Shown: piece by piece, positions 45,001-53,640 of the stretch | Layout: every line of letters begins with the position of its first letter | Numbering within the stretch: the first letter of the stretch is position 1 | Assembly: GCA_964057225.1 (NCBI GenBank) | Contig: CAXKVF010000077.1 | Location: forward strand, 434,001-498,000 | Direction: 5' to 3' | Length of the DNA stretch: 64,000 bases | Source of the DNA: Auanema rhodensis | Taxonomy: Eukaryota > Animalia > Nematoda | Translations under genes and position numbers: made by a program | The notes under the pieces: generated by a model | The model's input: the letters and a program-made list of their open reading frames with translations, nothing else | Database searches by the model: none | What the model was told of the DNA's origin: nothing

Positions 45001-48000
45001 GCACCAATATCAATAAAAATTTGTTTTTAGACTAATATGGACATGGGGAATCTAATTTTGAAAACCGCATCTTTTTATCTTTCACGTGAAGCGAGTTACA
45101 TACCAAGTGCACATCACGTGTACATTTAATTAGCATAAATTAAAGTTCACGTAAATTTCAAAGTCATGGTTACCATGCACCAATATCAATAAAAATTTGT
45201 TTTTAGACTAATATGGACATGGGGAATCTAATTTTGAAAACCGCATCTCTTTATCTTTCACGTGAAGCGAGTTACATACCAAGTGCACATCACGTGTACA
45301 TTTAATTAGCATAAATTAAAGTTCACGTAAATTTCAAAGTCATGGTTACCATGAACCAATATCAATAAAAATTTGTTTTTAGACTAATATGGACATGGGG
45401 AATCTAATTTTGAAAACCGCATCTCTTTATCTTTCACGTGAAGCGAGTTACATACCAAGTGCACATCACGTATACATTTAATTAGCATAAATTAAAGTTC
45501 ACGTAAATTTCAAAGTCATGGTTACCATGAACCAATATCAATAAAAATTTGTTTTTAGACTAATATGGACATGGGGAATCTAATTTTGAAAACCGCATCT
45601 CTTTATCTTTCACGTGAAGCGAGTTACATACCAAGTGCACATCACGTGTACATTTAATTAGCATAAATTAAAGTTCACGTAAATTTCAAAGTCATGGTTA
45701 CCATGCACCAATATCGATAAAAATTTGTTTTTAGACTAATATGGACATGGGGAATCTAATTTTGAAAACCGCATCTCTTTATCTTTCACGTGAAGCGAGT
45801 TACATACCAAGTGCACATCACGTGTACATTTAATTAGCATAAATTAAAGTTCACGTAAATTTCAAAGTCATGGTTACCATGAACCAATATCAATAAAAAT
45901 TTGTTTTTAGACTAATATGGACATGGGGAATCTAATTTTGAAAACCGCATCTCTTTATCTTTCACGTGAAGCGAGTTACATACCAAGTGCACATCACGTG
46001 TACATTTAATTAGCATAAATTAAAGTTCACGTAAATTTCAAAGTCATGGTTACCATGAACCAATATCAATAAAAATTTGTTTTTAGACTAATATGGACAT
46101 GGGGAATCTAATTTTGAAAACCGCATCTCTTTATCTTTCACGTGAAGCGAGTTACATACCAAGTGCCCATCACGTGTACATTTAATTAGCATAAATTAAA
46201 GTTCACGTAAATTTCAAAGTCATGGTTACCATGCACCAATATCAATAAAAATTTGTTTTTAGACTAATATGGACATGGGGAATCTAATTTTGAAAATCGC
46301 ATCTCCTTATCTTTCACGTGAAGCGAGTTACATACCAAGTGCACATCACGTGTACATTTAATTAGCATAAATTAAATTTCACGTAAATTTCAAAGTCATG
46401 GTTACCATGCACCAATATCAATAAAAATTTGTTTTTAGACTAGTATGGACATGGGGAATCTAATTTTGAAAACCGCATCTCTTTATCTTTCACGTGAAGC
46501 GAGTTACATACCAAGTGCACATCACGTGTACATTTAATTAGCATAAATTAAAGTTCACGTAAATTTCAAAGTCATGGTTACCATGCACCAATATCAATAA
46601 AAATTTGTTTTTAGACTAATATGGACATGGGGGATCTAATTTTGAAAACCGCATCTCTTTATCTTTCACGTGAAGCGAGTTACATACCAAGTGCACATCA
46701 CGTGTACATTTAATTAGCATAAATTAAAGTTCACGTAAATTTCAAAGTCATGGTTACCATGAACCAATATCAATAAAAATTTGTTTTTAGACTAATATGG
46801 ACATGGGGAATCTAATTTTGAAAACCGCATCTCTTTATCTTTCACGTGAAGCGAGTTACATACCAAGTGCTTATCACGTATACATTTAATTAGCATAAAT
46901 TAAAGTTCACGTAAATTTCAAAGTCATGGTTACCATGAACCAATATCAATAAAAATTTGTTTTTAGACTAATATGGACATGGGGAATCTAATTTTGAAAA
47001 CCGCATCTCTTTATCTTTCACGTGAAGCGAGTTACATACCAAGTGCACATCACGTGTACATTTAATTAGCATAAATTAAAGTTCACGTAAATTTCAAAGT
47101 CATGGTTACCATGCACCAATATCGATAAAAATTTGTTTTTAGACTAATATGGACATGGGGAATCTAATTTTGAAAACCGCATCTCTTTATCTTTCACGTG
47201 AAGCGAGTTACATACCAAGTGCACATCACGTGTACATTTAATTAGCATAAATTAAAGTTCACGTAAATTTCAAAGTCATGGTTACCATGAACCAATATCA
47301 ATAAAAATTTGTTTTTAGACTAATATCGACATGGGGAATCTAATTTTGAAAACCGCATCTCTTTATCTTTCACGTGAAGCGAGTTACATACCAAGTGCCC
47401 ATCACGTGTACATTTAATTAGCATAAATTAAAGTTCACGTAAATTTCAAAGTCATGGTTACCATGCACCAATATCAATAAAAATTTGTTTTTAGACTAAT
47501 ATGGACATGGGGAATCTAATTTTGAAAACCGCATCTCCTTATCTTTCACATGAAGCGAGTTACATACCAAGTGCACATCACGTGTACATTTAATTAGCAT
47601 AAATTAAAGTTCACGTAAATTTCAAAGTCATGGTTACCATGCACCAATATCAATAAAAATTTGTTTTTAGACTAATATGGACATGGGGAATCTAATTTTG
47701 AAAACCGCATCTCTTCATCTTTCACGTGAAGCGAGTTACATACCAAGTGCACATCACGTGTACATTTAATTAGCATAAATTAAAGTTCACGTAAATTTCA
47801 AAGTCATGGTTACCATGCACCAATATCAATAAAAATTTGTTTTTAGACTAATATGGACATGGGGAATCTAATTTTGAAAACCGCATCTCTTTATCTTTCA
47901 CGTGAAGCGAGTTACATACCAAGTGCACATCACGTGTACATTTAATTAGCATAAATTAAAGTTCACGTAAATTTCAAAGTCATGGTTACCATGCACCAAT

Positions 48001-48838
48001 GTCAATAAAAATTTGTTTTTAGACTAATATGGACATGGGGAATCTAATTTTGAAAACCGCATCTCTTCATCTTTCACGTGAAGCGAGTTACATACCAAGT
48101 GCACATCACGTGTACATTTAATTAGCATAAATTAAAGTTCACGTAAATTTCAAAGTCATGGTTACCATGCACCAATATCAATAAAAATTTGTTTTTAGAC
48201 TAATATGGACATGGGGAATCTAATTTTGAAAACCGCATCTCTTCATCTTTCACGTGAAGCGAGTTACATACCAAGTGCACATCACGTGTACATTTAATTA
48301 GCATAAATTAAAGTTCACGTAAATTTCAAAGTCATGGTTACCATGCACCAATATCAATAAAAATTTGTTTTTAGACTAATATGGACATGGGGAATCTAAT
48401 TTTGAAAACCGCATCTCTTTATCTTTCACGTGAAGCGAGTTACATACCAAGTGCACATCACGTGTACATTTAATTAGCATAAATTAAAGTTCACGTAAAT
48501 TTCAAAGTCATGGTTACCATGCACCAATGTCAATAAAAATTTGTTTTTAGACTAATATGGACATGGGGAATCTAATTTTGAAAACCGCATCTCTTCATCT
48601 TTCACGTGAAGCGAGTTACATACCAAGTGCACATCACGTGTACATTTAATTAGCATAAATTAAAGTTCACGTAAATCTCAAAGTCATGGTTACCATGCAC
48701 CAATATCAATAAAAATTTGTTTTTAGACTAATATGGACATGGGGAATCTAATTTTGAAAACCGCATCTCTTTATCTTTCACGTGAAGCGAGTTACATACC
48801 AAGTGCACATCACGTGTACATTTAATTAGCATAAATTA
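1..48838. repeat. 176-bp satellite DNA tandem array, left arm (~277.5 monomers; continues beyond window start)
   Basis: Monomer taattttgaaaaccgcatctctttatctttcacgtgaagcgagttacataccaagtgcacatcacgtgtacatttaattagcataaattaaagttcacgtaaatttcaaagtcatggttaccatg(a/c)accaatatcaataaaaatttgtttttagactaatatggacatggggaatc repeats head-to-tail. Phase recurs at 1, 2641, 5281, 7921 and 10561 (15x176 steps). Most monomers differ from consensus by 0-3 substitutions. GC is 56/176. Confidence 0.99.
48833..48838 (+). other. Target-site duplication, left copy (a)aatta; right copy at 53640/53641-53645
   Basis: The left satellite ends ...gcataaatta and the right resumes (a)aattaaagttcacg. The exact length (2-6 bp) is ambiguous because of microhomology at both junctions. 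Confidence 0.7.
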
Positions 48839-48860
48839 TTTATTTATTTATTTATTTATT
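48836..48860 (-). repeat. LINE 3' tail, (AATA)6 microsatellite (contains AATAAA)
   Basis: Plus strand t(tatt)6 at 48836-48860. The first 3 nt (tta) are shared with the satellite target (microhomology). Short-repeat tails are typical of CR1/L2-type LINEs. Confidence 0.9.
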
Positions 48861-49355
48861 CGTTCTATATCACAGATTCTTGATAATCAAAAGCTTATTG
48901 TGAACGTAGGTATACTGCGAAAAAGCATCTTACAATATGAACTGGGAAAGTAAATTAAAAATTAGAATCAGAAAAATTAGAAAAAGGATGAAAGTGGTAA
49001 ATAGTTGTATAATAGAATAGACTAGAATACAAGAAATATAACATAACGATATTGAAGCATATGAGATTCTATTACTATTTCTCAGCAGTTTGTGAAAACA
49101 AAAACAGATTATGTTCAGCAAAGTTTGATGAACTGACTCTTTAAATATAGCTGATCAGGTGCGGTGGAACTCAGAAATGAGTCAAGCCCGTTCTAATAGC
49201 AAAGAGAAAAACTGTTACTCATTGCTACGACTGATGTTGATACAGTATAGATGACAGTAGCAGTCTGGCAGAAAAAAAAAAAAAGTAAGAAAAGAACCTT
49301 GTATGTTAATTGAAAAGAAAACGATGATACAGATTAAAAAAAAAAAAAGTAATAG
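48861..49355 (-). other. LINE 3' UTR (~495 nt) with two oligo-U tracts
   Basis: Lies between the ORF2 stop (49356) and the tail. Plus-strand A runs are at about 49272-49284 and 49336-49348. Confidence 0.8.
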
Positions 49356-52172
49356 TCACGATAAAATATGAGACAAGATATGTTTCCGGAAAGAATGTTT
49401 TGTACGAAGGCTGACTATGGCTTCAGGAAGAGAGTTCCATAGATTTACAGTTCTGTATTCAATTCCATTCCTTGTTTCTGTCCTCCATAGAGTAGGATGA
49501 GCTAGATTCCATTGGTGTCTGCGCAGAGAATTCAGATTCTTGATAATGAAAAAAGATTGTGAGTTTCCTGTGGCTTCTATTGTTATATGAGCAAAATAGA
49601 ACAATAGATCAGAAAGAACCCTCCTAGTTATCAGATCTTCAGTTTCAAGATAAGATAGCTGATCTTTGTAAGTTAGGTCAAGACCGGCTCGGCCAAAGAT
49701 TGCTTTAAAAAACTTTTTCTGAACTTTTTCTATTCGTTGTTTGCCTGCAATGTTCTGTGGTGACCAGATAACTGATCCATATTCAAGTATGGGTCGGACG
49801 TAACAGCTGAAAAGTTTGAACAATAATTTAGGACATTTAGAGTAGAAACAACGGAGAATAGTTCGGCATTTGACGGCCGCAATACTACAAATTGAATTAA
49901 TGTGTTTTTCGAAAGACAAGTTATTTTCCGTCCAAATACCCAGATCTTTGTATGCAGATACTATAGAGAGAGATGAATCGCCAAAAGTGAAATTAGTAAT
50001 GTTGTGATAATTAGATGATTTGTTAGAGACAATTATTACTTTAGATTTTTCGGTGTTGACTTTCATTTTGTTATCATGACACCATTTGTAAAGAGAATTA
50101 AGAGCATTTTGAAGGCTCTGAGGGTTACAACTATGAAGTTTTAGATCATCAGCATATAAAATGGGATGAACATCGGATGTGAATAAGGAAGTTATGTCGT
50201 TTATGTAAAACAGAAACAGTAGAGGGCCAAGAACCGTTCCTTGAGGAACCCCACATGTAAGACTAACAGGGTCGGATAGACTTTTGTTGATGAGTACAGA
50301 GTAAGAACGGTTTTGGATAAAAGATCCAAGAAAATTAAGAAGAGACCCACGAATTCCAATAGATTTCAATTTTGCAAAGAGAATGGAGTGATCAATGAGA
50401 TCGAATGCTTTTGAGAAATCAATAAACGCAACAAAAACTGTATTTTTATCATCAATAAGTGATCTCCATTTGATATGGCTGGAAACAAGGGCTGTTACAG
50501 TGCTGCGTTTAGAAAGAAAAGCGTGCTGAACATTGGAAATGCTGCCCGAGGATACACCAAAATGAAGAAGGGGAGATCGAATAAGTCGTTCAAAGACTTT
50601 AGATAAACTTGGGGTTAGTGAGATTGGACGGTAATTAGAAGGATCAGAAGGGTTGCCTTTCTTGAAAACCGGACGTATCCAAGCTGTTTTCCAGTCAGGA
50701 GGACAAATAGAAGAAACAAGGAGGTTATGAAAAATAAACGAGAGAGGATTGCAGAGGGTGCCTGCACATTGTTTGAGAAAGTAGTACGGAATTCCATCCG
50801 GAGAAGTAGATGCGCGCGAAGGAAGGTGAGAAAGAATGTTGAAAACCTTTTCAGGGGAGATGTCGATGAAGTCAATGACTGATGGAGAGTAATTGAGAAG
50901 ATGAGAGTAAGTGGAAGATGAAGAGGATTTGACAGCAAAGACGGAGGAAAAAATTTCAGCTTTGTCTACGTCAGAGAAAACCAAAGTTTCGTTGATTTGT
51001 AGAGTAGGGATATCAGAAGAGTCTTTACCAAGACGTTCGCGACAGAATTGAAAAAATGCTTTTGAATTGTTGGTAGAAGCTATGTTGTTTTCATCAATGG
51101 CAGATTTGAGTTTGATGAGTTTATCTAAGGTGACAGATAGCTTTTTGCGAAGAAGCTCATCCTGAGCGAAAAGAGAGTTGCTTAACCGGTTAACACGATT
51201 GTTAAGTTTCTGAATGTCACGATCAAGTTTTTTTCTTTTCTTTGCCTTTTTGAATGGGACACAGCTCTGAATTATTGATTGGACAATTGCAATAAACTTA
51301 GAATAGGAAGTTATAGCGTTTAGACCACATAATTCAGTAGCGAAGTCAATGCCAGCTAAAAGGCTATTTATTTTACCATAATCGGCCGAGAAAAAGTTAC
51401 GACTAGAAAAAGAGGAAGAGAGAGAAGAGGGCCTGGAAGTAGCAACTTTGTTGATTTGAGCAAATGTGAGAGGATCCAAAATAATGTTGAAGAAAACCGA
51501 GTAATGATCAGATTGGCCAAGAGGGCTATTGCGAGAAATGTTCTCTACACAGTGAACACTGTTGGTGATAATGTAATCCAAGATGTTTTTACCTCTGGTT
51601 GGGAAAGTAACTAATTGACTGGATGAAGACTGTTGAAGAAAGTTGAGAATAGATGAAGTAGAGGGGGAACTGCTTGACGAATGGATGAGATCCCAGTCAA
51701 TGTGAGGGAAATTAAGATCGCCTGTTAAGAAAAACCTGCGGTTCGAGATAAGAGTTTGAAATTCGGTTAGAAAAAAAAGAAAGTCAGAGTGCTGAGATGA
51801 TGGAGAACGATAGCAGATTGAGAAAACGACGTCAGAAGGTATAATGAGAACATTTAGGTATTGAACAGTTGATTGAGAAGGAGAGCATGAGAGAAGACGA
51901 CTATTAATGTGTTTTTTAATATAGAGGAGGACTCCTCCTCCTCGAGAAGTTGATCTGTCATCACGGAAAATGCAGTAAGAATCTCTCAAAGGAAGGGAGC
52001 TAGAGTTGAAATCAGGAAACAGCCAGGTCTCAGATATAGCAATAATGTCTGAACTGAGAGTCGAATGAACAATTGGTATTAAGTGTAATTTATTGACAAT
52101 AGATCGTGCGTTATAACAAGAGACTGTAATTTTACTACATGCAGCAGTAGAGATTGTTGATTGGAAATTAAC
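49356..52172 (-). CDS. LINE ORF2: apurinic-like endonuclease + reverse transcriptase. The frame is open from 52316 and has no AUG start; the start given here is the predicted post-frameshift codon.
   Basis: APE motifs: YNARS, DIIAISETW, RGGGV, YRSP, GDLNFPHIDW, PTRGKNILD, SDH (~52135-51490). RT motifs: SPDG, NYRPISL, QHAF, IDFSKAFD, GVPQGTVLGPLLF, YADD (50145-50156). The track's start at 52235 is TTG, not ATG. Confidence 0.95.
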   Translation of the reverse strand, partial: VNFQSTISTAACSKITVSCYNARSIVNKLHLIPIVHSTLSSDIIAISETWLFPDFNSSSLPLRDSYCIFRDDRSTSRGGGVLLYIKKHINSRLLSCSPSQSTVQYLNVLIIPSDVVFSICYRSPSSQHSDFLFFLTEFQTLISNRRFFLTGDLNFPHIDWDLIHSSSSSPSTSSILNFLQQSSSSQLVTFPTRGKNILDYIITNSVHCVENISRNSPLGQSDHYSVFFNIILDPLTFAQINKVATSRPSSLSSSFSSRNFFSADYGKINSLLAGIDFATELCGLNAITSYSKFIAIVQSIIQSCVPFKKAKKRKKLDRDIQKLNNRVNRLSNSLFAQDELLRKKLSVTLDKLIKLKSAIDENNIASTNNSKAFFQFCRERLGKDSSDIPTLQINETLVFSDVDKAEIFSSVFAVKSSSSSTYSHLLNYSPSVIDFIDISPEKVFNILSHLPSRASTSPDGIPYYFLKQCAGTLCNPLSFIFHNLLVSSICPPDWKTAWIRPVFKKGNPSDPSNYRPISLTPSLSKVFERLIRSPLLHFGVSSGSISNVQHAFLSKRSTVTALVSSHIKWRSLIDDKNTVFVAFIDFSKAFDLIDHSILFAKLKSIGIRGSLLNFLGSFIQNRSYSVLINKSLSDPVSLTCGVPQGTVLGPLLFLFYINDITSLFTSDVHPILYADDLKLHSCNPQSLQNALNSLYKWCHDNKMKVNTEKSKVIIVSNKSSNYHNITNFTFGDSSLSIVSAYKDLGIWTENNLSFEKHINSICSIAAVKCRTILRCFYSKCPKLLFKLFSCYVRPILEYGSVIWSPQNIAGKQRIEKVQKKFFKAIFGRAGLDLTYKDQLSYLETEDLITRRVLSDLLFYFAHITIEATGNSQSFFIIKNLNSLRRHQWNLAHPTLWRTETRNGIEYRTVNLWNSLPEAIVSLRTKHSFRKHILSHILS

Positions 52173-52179
52173 GAAAGGA
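52168..52179 (-). promoter_or_regulatory. Putative +1 programmed ribosomal frameshift site UCC_UUU_CGU_UAA
   Basis: The plus strand ttaacgaaagga at 52168-52179 reads TCC TTT CGT TAA on the minus strand, in the ORF1 frame. A +1 slip from UUU to UUC continues GTT AAT TTC CAA into ORF2. The first three codons match the influenza A PA-X shift motif UCC_UUU_CGU. Confidence 0.7.
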
Positions 52180-53247
52180 TGTTTGGCTGGGCAGATTGGA
52201 CGGGGAATTAGGCAAAGTAGATGTATTTCTAACAATGTTAGCAGTAGGATCTGGAACAGATTTAGCTCGGCGAGAAGGGTTTTTTCTTCTTCTTTGGCTG
52301 CTACATCTTTCTTTGTTTATTGGAGCGGGCTGTCCCTTAGTTATAGGCCGGCCTCTTCTACCAGATTTAGACGGGGGACTAGAATCAAGGTCATGCGTAA
52401 AAATAGGCATGTCAGACATTGGAGCAATGCATGAATTGGTAGTTTCAGAGTCCATGCGTGTAGGGGAAACAACATATTTAACACTGGATGTGTCTTTTGG
52501 GGCAGTGCCTGTGTTGGTGAGTCTACGAGGTACTTTTATAAGCTTTAGATCTCGAACAAGAAAAATGAATTCAGTGTCGTCAGAGTTTTTGCTTTTGGCT
52601 TCGTCACGAAGCCGTTTTTCTAGTTCCACCTCAAAGAATAGATAATCACGACGAACGAATGTTTTGGATAGTGAGTTGGAAATTTTAGGTTTGTGAGATC
52701 TTATAGCTGCTATAACAGTATCTCGAATACTGACCGAAGGACACGTTATGATAAGTGGACCAGGGGACCCTGATTTGAGGGTGCAGCGAGTAACGAATAT
52801 GTGATTGGAATTGAGTAAAGAAATAAGACTAGTATCACTGCAGCTATCAAAAACAAGTTTGAGAAGAGAACGGGCATCGCTAGGCAGATCAGGTGACGTG
52901 ACTGGAACCCGGAACCAGAGAGCTCTCAAGGAACGGTGAGCAAATTTAGATTCTTCTAACCTAATTTTATTCACTTCAGTTATAACAGTATTTGAACACG
53001 GAAGTGTAGGCAATATGCAAGCACTTTCGTTACCCATGAAAGCAGTGAACTTATTTTCTAAAGCGTTGAGTCTTGAGTTGAACTCAGTTTCAATTACTTT
53101 CAAACGAGATTCATGCAATGCGATACAGTTTTTGATACTATGCAGGTCGCTTTTGATTTCTAGAGAAAAACTTGAGAAAGTGGAATGAAGAGATTCCGTG
53201 AGAGATTTCAGAGAAGCAGTAAGAAACTCGGGAGTGACTGTAGACAT
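52168..53247 (-). CDS. LINE ORF1 nucleic-acid-binding/chaperone protein, 359 aa from the first ATG (MSTVTPEFL...)
   Basis: The first in-frame ATG is at 53247 (residue 100 of the 458-aa track ORF, whose start is GTG and whose N-terminus is translated pyrimidine tract). It has an N-terminal heptad/coiled-coil-like segment (LKSLTESL...LNALENKF), a central RRM-like segment, an FVRRDY...LVRDLKL segment resembling LINE ORF1 C-terminal domains, and a basic disordered tail. Domain calls are by eye. Confidence 0.85.
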   Translation of the reverse strand: MSTVTPEFLTASLKSLTESLHSTFSSFSLEIKSDLHSIKNCIALHESRLKVIETEFNSRLNALENKFTAFMGNESACILPTLPCSNTVITEVNKIRLEESKFAHRSLRALWFRVPVTSPDLPSDARSLLKLVFDSCSDTSLISLLNSNHIFVTRCTLKSGSPGPLIITCPSVSIRDTVIAAIRSHKPKISNSLSKTFVRRDYLFFEVELEKRLRDEAKSKNSDDTEFIFLVRDLKLIKVPRRLTNTGTAPKDTSSVKYVVSPTRMDSETTNSCIAPMSDMPIFTHDLDSSPPSKSGRRGRPITKGQPAPINKERCSSQRRRKNPSRRAKSVPDPTANIVRNTSTLPNSPSNLPSQTSFR

Positions 53248-53620
53248 AATGACAGAGCGTAAAAAGTAAGGAAAGAAAAAATAAAGATAAAGGAAATGAT
53301 AAAAAGAAGAAAAATAAAAAGAAGAAAGAAAGGAAAAAAGAAAATATAGAGAGGATATGAAAAAGAAAAAAAAAGAGAAGAGAGAGAAAAATGAAAGAAA
53401 AAAAGAAAAAGGAAATAAATGAATACGGAAAAAAAGAAAAAGAAAAAAAGAAGAAAAAAGTACCTTACTAAAACCAATCCGGCGTAAAACAAGAGCAGAC
53501 TTCGGTTGCGGCGGGGTTGGAGCAGTAGGGAGACAACCGACCACGAGGAGTCGAAAATGTAGTGTGAGTCGAAAATGTAGTGTGAGTCGAAAATGTAGTG
53601 TGAGTCGAAAATGTAGTGTT
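53248..53620 (-). other. LINE 5' UTR (~370 nt): terminal 18-bp repeats, short GC-richer segment, ~200-nt polypyrimidine tract
   Basis: Lies upstream of the ORF1 ATG. Plus strand 53261-53460 is almost purely A/G, with a single C. Confidence 0.8.
53548..53619 (-). repeat. Four perfect tandem copies of 18-bp ACACTACATTTTCGACTC at the element's 5' terminus
   Basis: Plus strand gagtcgaaaatgtagtgt at 53548, 53566, 53584 and 53602. Confidence 0.97.
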
Positions 53621-53640
53621 TTTCAAAGTCATGGTTACCA
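53621..53640 (+). other. Extra 20-bp satellite fragment (monomer positions 104-123) at the LINE 5' junction
   Basis: tttcaaagtcatggttacca is out of satellite phase here and identical to the in-phase copy at 53659-53678. Confidence 0.9.

Larger units (their letters stand above)
48839..53620 (-). mobile_element. Full-length non-LTR retrotransposon (LINE), CR1 clade, ~4.78 kb, inserted into the satellite
   Basis: Two overlapping uninterrupted ORFs (ORF1; APE-RT ORF2), a 3' (AATA)n microsatellite tail, no LTRs, a short target-site duplication, and satellite phase continuing across the insertion. The ORF2 C-terminus has CR1-type motifs (KDLGI, YVRPILEYGSVIWSP, IEKVQKKF, RTVNLWNSLPEAIV) with no RNase H or zinc knuckle. 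Confidence 0.95.

Noticed and set aside
48836-48860. Telomeric repeat or de novo telomere addition at the junction
   Set aside because: The repeat is (TATT)n, consistent with a LINE tail. No TTAGGC, TTAGG or TTAGGG arrays are present.
52233-52235. TTG at 52235 as the ORF2 start
   Set aside because: TTG is a poor eukaryotic initiator and lies deep in a bicistronic RNA. Non-AUG reinitiation cannot be excluded, but the in-frame +1 shift motif at the ORF1 stop explains the layout better.
52278-52295. A-rich run AGA AAA AAC in the overlap as a -1 slippery site (A_AAA_AAC)
   Set aside because: ORF2 is in the +1 frame relative to ORF1, so a -1 shift would not enter ORF2.
48930-52645. Small ORFs 48930-49121, 50615-50938, 52183-52434 and 52196-52645
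   Set aside because: They are UTR, alternative-frame or antisense shadows of the LINE ORFs with no recognisable motifs.
53248-53544. Phe/Leu/Ser-rich, transmembrane-looking N-terminal 99 aa of the 458-aa ORF, and ORF 53208-53492
   Set aside because: These have non-ATG starts and are simply the polypyrimidine 5' UTR read through without stops.
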